A DNA stretch of 64,000 bases from an uncultured bacterium (lineage in GTDB: Bacteria > Krumholzibacteriota > Krumholzibacteriia > LZORAL124-64-63). Shown one piece after another: positions 9,801 to 16,961 of the stretch (positions are counted from its first letter, which is position 1; the number at the start of each line of letters is the position of its first letter). Both the position numbers and the translations under genes were made by a program. The stretch spans positions 160,001 through 224,000 of the forward strand of contig CAVSZB010000007.1 of assembly GCA_963732385.1 (NCBI GenBank), written 5' to 3'. The notes beneath the pieces are model-generated. The model was given only the letters and a program-made list of their open reading frames with translations, made no database searches and was not told the origin of the DNA.

Positions 9801-10390
9801 TCGGCGAACCAGATCGCCAGACGTGCGAAAACATCGCAGTACGCGGTGGCCCGCTCGAGCTCGGCGTCGTCGAACAGGTCGAGCAGCGGCCCGAAAGCCG
9901 GGTTGATGTTCTGGAGCCAGAGCATCATCAGCTCTTCGAGCAGCACGAGGCGGTGGGGGACGCCATGGCTCTCGCCGGTGATCCAGGCGGCCGGCTCGAT
10001 CCGCCGCAGATAGACGTCGCGCGGGGGGAACTCGTCGACGAAGCGCGCCAGCACGCCGTCCAGAGCGTCGCGGCCGAGGTCGCGATCGAGCGCCGTGGCC
10101 GCGTCGGCCATCACACCGGGATTGACCTGTTCGCGGTAGAGCGCGATCACGTAATGCAGGATCTCCACGATCAGTCCCATGGCGTTCAGTTCGCCGGGGC
10201 TGACCGCCTGCTCGGGGACGCGGGCCAGATCGCGCCGGGCGTTCAACTGGCGGGCGAACAGCCGGGCCGCGTGGAAATTCGGGAAGATGGCATGTCCATC
10301 CTGCGAGAGGAACGCCTCCTCGATGCGGTAGCGGTCACGGGCGCGTCGCGAGACATGCAGTTCGAGCGGCACGGGGGTGCTGGCCGGCAT
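6836..10390 (-). CDS. Large alpha-amylase family (GH13) glycoside hydrolase
   Basis: DMVPNH, IRFDAAM (nucleophile), LLAEAFW (acid/base) and NNPDE motifs; GGAGG RBS before ATG at 10390. Confidence 0.85.
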   Translation of the reverse strand: MPASTPVPLELHVSRRARDRYRIEEAFLSQDGHAIFPNFHAARLFARQLNARRDLARVPEQAVSPGELNAMGLIVEILHYVIALYREQVNPGVMADAATALDRDLGRDALDGVLARFVDEFPPRDVYLRRIEPAAWITGESHGVPHRLVLLEELMMLWLQNINPAFGPLLDLFDDAELERATAYCDVFARLAIWFADHPPFGPESQSLLEMLQAPARAVPHSLSGQLEFIRERWGHLLGDRLWRLLSGLDLLREERRWREWSAGGRAPTATEVLRFDRTAPGDSDAESEHYSPDLDWMPRLVLIAKSVHVWLDQLSKRYGRPLTLLSDIPDSELDRLARWGFTGLWLIGVWERSNASQRIKRLCGNPDAVASAYSLHDYTVAADLGGEPALLDLRERAWRRGIRLAGDMVPNHVGIDGQWVREHPDWFVRLDQPPFPAYSFNGPNLSSDGRMEIFLEDHYYDRTDAAVTFKRVDRENGSVSYIYHGNDGTGMPWNDTAQLDYLNPAVREAVARTILHTASLFPIIRFDAAMTLTKRHFHRLWFPQPGAGGDIPSRAGHGLTREQFDAAMQTEFWRDVVERVAREAPDTLLLAEAFWLMEGFFVRTLGMHRVYNSAFMNMLKMEENAKYRQTLRNVLEFDPEILKRFVNFMNNPDEETAIAQFGDGDKYFGVCLLLATLPGLPMFGHGQVEGFTEKYGMEYRRAYRDEQPNEELVRRHEHEICPLLHRRRLFAGVENFLLYDFHAPDGAVNEDVFAYSNREGDERALVVYHNRFASTAGWIRLSTPVALRAGDGRSLTRRALGEGLGLDPGPGRFVIFRDHVGELEFVRAGADLHAQGIFVELEAYSRHVFLDFREVRDSRAQPYAELCAFLGGRGVPSVAEALQQICLQPVHAPLRALLGMEGLGRLLPPAQAAPSPPDAAALDAIEVLLREFLGRARDHAAVAASDTPAAVAARARRTLEIIVARAASATRSAATPASTSHAPPSVPAGPTPTRAPATLNPAAVTTSGGGSPRDVSRDALLATWALLRDLGRVTAAGDAAEVARSRLDEWQLGRLVAAALVERGESGEAAWRAVGWLRALIAHQSWFASTEPRAVLADLFRDETVRQLLGVNRWQGVLWLDAEAFAELLTWLREVAEVDLDLDGPPAKTRRAAEAARREKLLANLQTAGERSGWRVEELLGPA

Positions 10391-10506
10391 GGGTCCTCCT
10401 GGCGATCGGGAAAAGCCGTTCGCAGGATACGGGGCCGACCGGCAAATCACAACCGTGCAGCCCGGCCGCGCTTGCCCGCCGGCACGGCAGGGCCTAGTTT
10501 CTCGCG

Positions 10507-11712
10507 ATGGAATTGACCCCCGCCCTCCGCGCCGATTTCCGACGGGCCCTGCTGGCCACCCTCTGCTTCGGGGCGGCGGCGGGCATTTTCCAGAGTACGC
10601 TCAACAACTACCTGGCCGATGTGCACGGTTTCGGCGCCGAAAGCCGGGGCTGGCTGGAGTTTCCGCGGGAACTGCCCGGCTTTCTCATGATCTTCATCGC
10701 CGGGGCGATGCTCGTGCGGATGCGCGAGACGCAGATGGCCGCGGCGGCCATGCTGCTGACCACGCTCGGCGCGCTCGGCCTCGGTTACCTGTCGCCCGGC
10801 ACGGCGCCGCTCGTGCTCTGGATCACGATCTGGTCGCTCGGCGACCACATCATTTTTGCCGTGGAGGGGCCGATCGGTCTGAATCTCGCACGCGCCGGCG
10901 CGGAGGGGCGGCGGTTGGGGCAGCTCGGGGGCGCCCGCAATCTCGGCACGATCGTAGGCGTGGCGGCGGTCTGGCTGCTGGCGAAGCTGGGGGGCGATCG
11001 CTACGGCCTGTTCTATCTGCTGGCTGCGGCGAGCGCCCTCGCGGCCGGCTGGTTCTATCGCCAAATGCGTTGCGGCCGCGACGGTCCGCCTCCGCGGCGC
11101 TTCGTTTTCCGGCGCGCCTACGGGATATTCTACGCAGTCAGCGCTCTCTTCGGGATTCGCAAGCAGATTTTCCTCGTGTTCGGGTCGTGGGTGCTGGTGT
11201 CGCTTCACCATGTTCCGGTTTCCACCATGGCTCTTCTCTATTTCATTGCCGCCACGCTCGGCGTCGTGATGCGACCGCTGCTCGGCGACGTGATCGATTG
11301 GCTCGGCGAGCGGGTCGTGCTGGCGGCGGACGAACTGCTGCTGCTGGGGGTCTGCCTTGTCTACGCCTTTGCCTCCGACCTGCTGCCGGCGCCGTGGGAT
11401 CTGCGTCTGCTTTACGGCGCCTACGTGTTCGACATCGTGCTGTTCGCACTGCGGGTGGCGCGCACGACGTATCTCAAAAAGATCGCCGTTGATCCGGCGG
11501 ACATCACCCCCACGATCTCGCTCGGCATCACGATCGACCACGCGGTGGCGATGACACTGCCGGTCTTCTCCGGCTGGGTCTGGGCGGCGTGGGGCTATCG
11601 CTGGGTCTTCCTGATCGCCGGGGCGATCGCCCTGGCCGGCTTCTTCGTCTGCCTGCGCATCCGTGTGCCCGCGTCGGTCGGCGCGGCCCCGGCGCCGGCG
11701 ACCGGGAGATGA
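10507..11712 (+). CDS. Major facilitator superfamily transporter
   Basis: About 12 hydrophobic segments in 401 aa; GDVIDWLGER loop motif. Confidence 0.85.
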   Translation: MELTPALRADFRRALLATLCFGAAAGIFQSTLNNYLADVHGFGAESRGWLEFPRELPGFLMIFIAGAMLVRMRETQMAAAAMLLTTLGALGLGYLSPGTAPLVLWITIWSLGDHIIFAVEGPIGLNLARAGAEGRRLGQLGGARNLGTIVGVAAVWLLAKLGGDRYGLFYLLAAASALAAGWFYRQMRCGRDGPPPRRFVFRRAYGIFYAVSALFGIRKQIFLVFGSWVLVSLHHVPVSTMALLYFIAATLGVVMRPLLGDVIDWLGERVVLAADELLLLGVCLVYAFASDLLPAPWDLRLLYGAYVFDIVLFALRVARTTYLKKIAVDPADITPTISLGITIDHAVAMTLPVFSGWVWAAWGYRWVFLIAGAIALAGFFVCLRIRVPASVGAAPAPATGR

Positions 11713-11962
11713 CCATTCCCCGCTGATCGCCAGCAGTTAGTGACGCAAGAGTTACTTCCACCGCATGTCGTCGAGCCTGCGCCTTCTGACGGCGCGTGGA
11801 CGGTCGTCGTTCAGGCCCAGCATCGCCGCTGCCCCGTACCGCTGCACCGACGGGAGTTGTGCGTATTTGTTGATACGTTCAATAGCGCGAGTGGCGCCTG
11901 TGCCTATTCGTCAGGTCCATGCAGAGGGAAGTTGACTGAGGGGCTGCAATCTGGTAACCTCA

Positions 11963-12260
11963 TAATCCTCGCTGAATTTTGTCGGTTGAGCCCACGGGGC
12001 GTTTCCGCAATACCATCCTCGCCAACCTGCTGCTGAGCCTTTCGCCAGTGCTGCGCTGCTGTCCTGCTCATGACGGTTGTGGCCTGGCATTGAGATCAGG
12101 GGGGCTTGGAGATGGATCCGTTTTCGTCCGAGCGGTTCGGCGTGGCTATGGGACTGGCGAAGCCGTGGCCGATGGTTCGGGTCGATTGTCCCCAGCCCAA
12201 GCTCTTCCTGCTGCGCTGCTGCGAATTGCATCATTCCCCACCAAATTTACAGAGGAGGCC
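11963..12260 (+). mobile_element. Degenerate, internally deleted ISL3-family IS remnant
   Basis: Imperfect terminal inverted repeats: TCCTCGCTGAATTTTGTCGG (11966-11985) vs the reverse complement of CCCACCAAATTTACAGAGGA, 15/20. ATG at 12112 gives MDPFSSERFGVAMGLAKPWPMVRVD, like the ISL3 transposase N-terminus. The right end encodes PTKFTEEA, like the ISL3 C-terminus that overlaps the IR. Confidence 0.55.
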
Positions 12261-12560
12261 AATCTCACTTTTGTGGCTCATGTAGCTGCTCATGGGCAAA
12301 AGTTCGTGCATTGCGCGCTGTCCGTGGGCTCCACTCTCTCAGTCGTCCGCGCACTTGATATTCGGTACTGTTGCTAGGTTCCATTCGCCCACGTTCCAAC
12401 TTGAAGGAGGTAAGCTTCATTTCTCGCCCGGCCTTGCGCCGCAAAACTGCGCGGGAATGAACTCTGGCCTCCCTCGAATTGCGCCCGGCTGAGTGAGTGG
12501 CAGCCGGTGGCGTGTGCGCAACTCTGATCGCGTTGATTGGATCAACGTTTGGGGGAAAAC

Positions 12561-15500
12561 ATGAAGAGACTCACATTTACCGTGTGTCTGTCTCTGGCGC
12601 TCTTCGCCAGCCTCGCAATCGCTGACGATTCTTCTCGTGATGACAGCAGACAGACTCGGCATTACCCGGTATCCGCCATAGGTGCAAACACCTGCAGGCT
12701 TGATGGCGGGCCTGTCAGCGGCGGCAAGGCTGCGGACGATACAGTTTATATCATGGGCGGCCCGGCCCGGCTGGACGGCAAGTTCCAGACTTCAAGCAAG
12801 GCATTGGTGCCAGACGATCAGGGATGGACCGGGAGGGACCTCACGAACATGACGGCCACCTGGCACATCTCCGACTTCAATTGCGCGAACCTGGATCCCC
12901 TCGGCGCCGCCAACCTCGCCATGTGGTGCGGCGAGACATTCGCCTCGGGCTGCACTGAAGAGGATCCGGTCGAAGGCTACGGTAACAATTACCTCCTTTG
13001 GCTCGATTGGTACAGCCTGCCTGTGGCGAATAATACAACGTCCACGGATGTCACCGTGAGAGCGATCTTCAACTCCAACTCCGAGAAACGCTACGACTAC
13101 CTGATTCTCCAGGTCGAGCAGCTCGGCGTTATGCAGCAGGCAGGCAAGACGGCCGCCTGGGACGGCGTGAATATCGCCAAGGAAGTGGAAGTGACATTCG
13201 CGGTCGAACCGGGCAGCTACGTCGGGGACAACTTCGACCAGGTGCATCTGCGCTGGCTCGGGTATTCCGACGTCGCCTGGTCCGACGACGACTGCTATTG
13301 GCCCAGCAATGGCCTCGCGCAGCTCGACAACATCGAGGTGCTCTTCGGCAAACTGCACGCTGAGGTGCGGCAGACTTATGATACTTTCCAGCCCGGCGAT
13401 CCGGTGAACTGGGTCAACGTCAAGGCGCCGTATGTCGGCGATTTCCACAAGGTGTGGCCGTTGCTGGGTGACGGCGACATGTGCAGCACCAATTACACGC
13501 CGCAAATGGCGTTCATCGACGATGGCATTGTGGTCCCCGGGACGGGTGGCACTCAATGCACGACCTGGAACTACGGCCCCGGTGGCTGGGGCGTGACGAC
13601 AACCGGTGGTCTCGCCGGCTCTGACTACGCGATCTTCAACGACGTCTGGTCCCTTCCTATGGATTGGCCTGGGGGCGCTACCGGGGGCTACGACGGCTGC
13701 TATTACCTGTGGGACATTTACAACCACCTTCCGATGGACAACGGGCTCACCTACAAGTGGAGCATCCGCACCTCCAGGGACGGCGGCCTTACCTGGCCCA
13801 GCGGCTGGAAGGATTTCAATACCTACTGGTACGGCGGCATTCTGGGTGAGTACTACGTGCACGGAGAGTCGGTGACCTCCCTGCTGAACGCCGGCCGCAA
13901 CAAGGTCCAGATCGCGCTGGGCGTGGCTGAGCCGTGGATCGAGGATTACACCAACAACGACAACACGCCGTCACCGTACTTCGACAACGTGAGGCTGCTC
14001 GCCTTCCCCTTCACGGGGCCCGCGCTGGCCTATAATGGTGATTGGAACATGTTCAACGACGGCTGGCCGGAAAACCCCGAAATCGACTATACGGATCTGG
14101 CCCAGAACTGGGTGCGCGTGGATATCGCCGGGAACACCGACGATGTGCTCAATACTCCGGGCGACTCTGTCGCCGTGACAGTCAAGGCGGTCCGCAACGG
14201 CGCCGTGCTTACCGGTCCGCCCACCATGCACGTCAAGATGAAGATGAATCCCCTGTTCGACGCCGTCCGCACGGCCATTCCGTCTGGATTTACCCAGGAC
14301 GGTCCTTATCTCTACGGTACCGTGGTCGGCGACACGGTCTGGAACTCGGCTGTTCCTCCGGTCCGCGTGCCGAATCTCTTTCAGTTCGACCTGCCCGACA
14401 CCGGGTTCTTCTTCCCCGGCGACAGTTTCCATTACTACTTCAGAGCCGAGGACACCGTGGGCGGGGTTGTCGGTGTCTCGCAAATGCCCAGGGATACCAC
14501 CGGATTCTCCTATTTCCCGGGCGACCTGCACTACGACTCGTACCGCTATTATGAACTCTGGAAGATTGACGCTCTGCCGACCATGTCGATAACGATATCA
14601 CCGGACAAGGGTGATACGACCTTTGTGCAGCCCAAAGTGCTGTTCTGGGACGATTCCCAGGATCGTGGCAACCAGAATGAATGGTTCGCTGCCCTGGACA
14701 ATCTCGGCTTCCGTCAGGGCATCGACTATGACATTTACTGCAATGCCGGCCCGTCTTCTGCCCTGGGCAACGGCCTCGGCGGCCGGACGAACGCACTTAA
14801 AATGTCCGGTTACAACACGCTGCTTTACACTTCAGGAAGCCTGGATGCGTATACGATATCCAGCAGCACAAAAGGCGATGTCGGCAATGATATCTTCGTG
14901 CTGGATTCCTGGCTGACGCAGGGCGACAAGAACTTTTTCGCCACTGGCGATAACATCATCCAGGATATGTCACGCTCCGGCGTCAACGCGGTCTTGTTCA
15001 GAGACAAGTGGTTCAAGGTCGCCTACAACGGCTTCAACGTCACACCGCTCATTGGTGGCCAGATGTCGCCGCACGTGAGCCCAATCACCGTGCCGGACGC
15101 GCCGGTGCTGACCAAGCCTTACATTACGCAGGGTGGCTGTGCAAACTACATCTGTGACTTCGACGCCGTCACCGCGGTTGCTCCGGCGGTCCGGATTGCC
15201 CAGTTCACCAGCCCGACCGGCGCCCTCGGGGTCTACCCGTACGCTGCGGCGGTCTACAACAACGTCACAGACAACACGGCTCGCGTCGTTTTCATGCCCT
15301 ACGACCTGAGCGCTATCTGGGATGGCGCCCCGACCGGCGGGATCGCGGTCCGTTCCCAAATCCTGATGGACGTGATGTCCTTCTTCGGCCATTATCCTGG
15401 CGGGACTGCAGTCGGCGTGACGCCCGAGGCAGTGTTCACGGCCAGGAACTTCCCGAACCCGTTCAATCCGAGCACGAAGATCGAGTTCACCCTGCCGGCC

Positions 15501-15704
15501 AAGAGCCAGGTTGAGCTGAAAATCTACAACGTGCGCGGCGAACTGGTGAGGACGTTGCTGAACGAGAACATGGATGCGACGACGCACTCCGTGATCTGGA
15601 ACGGTCGCAACTCAGACGGTCAGTCGGTCGCTTCGGGCGTGTACTTCTACAGCCTGAAGGCCGGCAGCTACGAGAAGATGGAGAAGATGACGCTGGTGAA
15701 GTAA
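12561..15704 (+). CDS. Large secreted protein with C-terminal FlgD-Ig / T9SS-type-A-like sorting domain
   Basis: Signal peptide MKRLTFTVCLSLALFASLAIA; C-terminus NFPNPFNPSTKIEF...KIYNVRGELVRTL...WNGRNSDGQSVASGVYFYSL...KMTLVK; visibly lower GC than neighbours. Confidence 0.85.
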   Translation: MKRLTFTVCLSLALFASLAIADDSSRDDSRQTRHYPVSAIGANTCRLDGGPVSGGKAADDTVYIMGGPARLDGKFQTSSKALVPDDQGWTGRDLTNMTATWHISDFNCANLDPLGAANLAMWCGETFASGCTEEDPVEGYGNNYLLWLDWYSLPVANNTTSTDVTVRAIFNSNSEKRYDYLILQVEQLGVMQQAGKTAAWDGVNIAKEVEVTFAVEPGSYVGDNFDQVHLRWLGYSDVAWSDDDCYWPSNGLAQLDNIEVLFGKLHAEVRQTYDTFQPGDPVNWVNVKAPYVGDFHKVWPLLGDGDMCSTNYTPQMAFIDDGIVVPGTGGTQCTTWNYGPGGWGVTTTGGLAGSDYAIFNDVWSLPMDWPGGATGGYDGCYYLWDIYNHLPMDNGLTYKWSIRTSRDGGLTWPSGWKDFNTYWYGGILGEYYVHGESVTSLLNAGRNKVQIALGVAEPWIEDYTNNDNTPSPYFDNVRLLAFPFTGPALAYNGDWNMFNDGWPENPEIDYTDLAQNWVRVDIAGNTDDVLNTPGDSVAVTVKAVRNGAVLTGPPTMHVKMKMNPLFDAVRTAIPSGFTQDGPYLYGTVVGDTVWNSAVPPVRVPNLFQFDLPDTGFFFPGDSFHYYFRAEDTVGGVVGVSQMPRDTTGFSYFPGDLHYDSYRYYELWKIDALPTMSITISPDKGDTTFVQPKVLFWDDSQDRGNQNEWFAALDNLGFRQGIDYDIYCNAGPSSALGNGLGGRTNALKMSGYNTLLYTSGSLDAYTISSSTKGDVGNDIFVLDSWLTQGDKNFFATGDNIIQDMSRSGVNAVLFRDKWFKVAYNGFNVTPLIGGQMSPHVSPITVPDAPVLTKPYITQGGCANYICDFDAVTAVAPAVRIAQFTSPTGALGVYPYAAAVYNNVTDNTARVVFMPYDLSAIWDGAPTGGIAVRSQILMDVMSFFGHYPGGTAVGVTPEAVFTARNFPNPFNPSTKIEFTLPAKSQVELKIYNVRGELVRTLLNENMDATTHSVIWNGRNSDGQSVASGVYFYSLKAGSYEKMEKMTLVK

Positions 15705-15734
15705 TCCGGTTGCTTCACGGCCGAGTCTCAAGGG

Positions 15735-15770
15735 AGCGGCCCCCCCCGTACGGGGGGGGCCGCTTCTGTT
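15735..15770 (+). terminator. Strong GC hairpin / intrinsic terminator after the CTD protein gene
   Basis: AGCGGCCCCCCCCG-TA-CGGGGGGGGCCGCT followed by TCTGTT, between convergent genes. Confidence 0.75.
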
Positions 15771-15857
15771 GGGGTGCGCCGGTCAGGGGCGCCGATTAGA
15801 AGGGACGCCGTGGTAGAACTCGACGTCCCCATCCCGATTAGCAGTTGTTGCAGCCGG

Positions 15858-16130
15858 TCAGGCGAGCTTCGAGCGCTCGTCGCGGATGGCCTGTTTTCCC
15901 GCCTCGACCGCGGCGGCCAGTTCGGCCTTTTTGGCATCCACGAAGCCGCGGGTCTCCTCGCGGATTTCGCCCGTCTTTTCGCGCAGTTCGCGTCCTTTGT
16001 CGCCGATCAGTTCCCGGGTCTCCTTGCCGGAACGGGGAGCGTAGAGCAGCGCGAACCCGGCGCCGAGCAGGGCACCCACGGCGAATGCCACCACCACACC
16101 GCCCGCGTAACCGTTTCCTTCCTCGGACAT
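15858..16130 (-). CDS. YtxH domain-containing protein
   Basis: FAVGALLGAGFALLYAPRSGKETRELI motif followed by a charged helical region; GGAGGAG RBS. Confidence 0.85.
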   Translation of the reverse strand: MSEEGNGYAGGVVVAFAVGALLGAGFALLYAPRSGKETRELIGDKGRELREKTGEIREETRGFVDAKKAELAAAVEAGKQAIRDERSKLA

Positions 16131-16131
16131 G

Positions 16132-16566
16132 TCAGTCTCCTCCCTGTGATTCCGGAATTGACGCGGCGCCGCGACGGCGGTGCCGGAATACGTCCATGAA
16201 TGCGCCGATACCGACGCGCGCCAGACCGACCGCGCGCATGGTCGACAGAAGCGGCGGTTCAATAGCCTCATCCACCTGCGTGATGACGTGGTCGGCGCGT
16301 TCCGTCCAGTCGCGCACGGTGCCGACCACCATTTCCACGTGATGCCACTCGCGCTCGACGCGGGTGGAGAGGTCGCCCAGCCGCGCGAGCGTATCGCGCG
16401 AATCGCGGACCAGTGCAGAGACGTCCCCGCGGAGATCCTGCACGGCAACGGAGATCTGGTCGGCCTGACGGCGCACCTGAAGGATGGCTGGCACCAGGGT
16501 CGCCACGAGCGCCACGAAAGCGAAAGCGGCCAGGCCGATAGCGATTTGCAGGGGGACAGACATCAC
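16132..16566 (-). CDS. DUF948 (YoxC-like) membrane-anchored coiled-coil protein
   Basis: N-terminal TM helix followed by a long heptad-like helix; immediately upstream of the YtxH gene, the usual DUF948-YtxH pairing. Confidence 0.72.
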   Translation of the reverse strand: MMSVPLQIAIGLAAFAFVALVATLVPAILQVRRQADQISVAVQDLRGDVSALVRDSRDTLARLGDLSTRVEREWHHVEMVVGTVRDWTERADHVITQVDEAIEPPLLSTMRAVGLARVGIGAFMDVFRHRRRGAASIPESQGGD

Positions 16567-16611
16567 GCTCTCCAGGTTCAGCCGGCCCGATTCTATACCG
16601 CAACAAACGAC

Positions 16612-16640
16612 ATGTTAACAAGGAATTAATGTTCCGTCAA
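16612..16640 (-). promoter_or_regulatory. Sigma70-type promoter for DUF948-YtxH
   Basis: Minus strand TTGACG-17 nt-TAACAT with extended -10 TG. Confidence 0.65.
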
Positions 16641-16673
16641 GGTATTCAGAAGGCAGGGGTTTCGGCGTCGGAC

Positions 16674-16725
16674 AAAAAAACCGTCCCGGACTGCATGCGA
16701 CGAGCGCAGGGAACAGCCCGGGACG
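16674..16725 (-). terminator. Intrinsic terminator downstream of the small peptide ORF
   Basis: Minus strand CGTCCCGGGCTG...CAGTCCGGGACG 12-bp stem (one G-U pair) followed by G and T7. Confidence 0.75.
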
Positions 16726-16740
16726 CCTAGGACTCTTCGA

Positions 16741-16806
16741 TCATTTCCTCAGCCACCAGAAAAGATCAATGACGGCGAGGACGAGTACCAGACTCTCCAT
16801 TTTCAA
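16741..16806 (-). CDS. Small hydrophobic peptide (MK)MESLVLVLAVIDLFWWLRK, 19-21 aa
   Basis: GAGGAGG RBS 6 nt before TTG (16806), in-frame ATG at 16800, TGA at 16743-16741, followed by an intrinsic terminator. Not in the ORF track. Confidence 0.6.
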   Translation of the reverse strand: MKMESLVLVLAVIDLFWWLRK

Positions 16807-16961
16807 GTCCCGCCTCCTCGGTTTGTGGAACCCCTTGGCGACGGCCCTCCCCAGTGAGGGCGGCACACGGAGTGTCCGCTGCCTGTTTCGCCGGCTTCCG
16901 TAATGGCTTTAGCATTATTCGCGCCCGGATCAGGGCAAACTGCGAGCGGGACCTGGAGAAG

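Noticed and set aside
16741..16806. TrpL-like attenuator reading of the micropeptide (tandem TGG TGG before a terminator)
   Set aside because: Downstream genes (DUF948, YtxH) are unrelated to tryptophan and have their own promoter after the terminator; no clear antiterminator seen. Not fully excluded.
16931..16960. AGGGCAAAC resembling the start of a c-di-GMP-I riboswitch
   Set aside because: The GNRA-capped stem and GCAAAG elements do not follow, and the sequence runs antisense into the PP2C gene.
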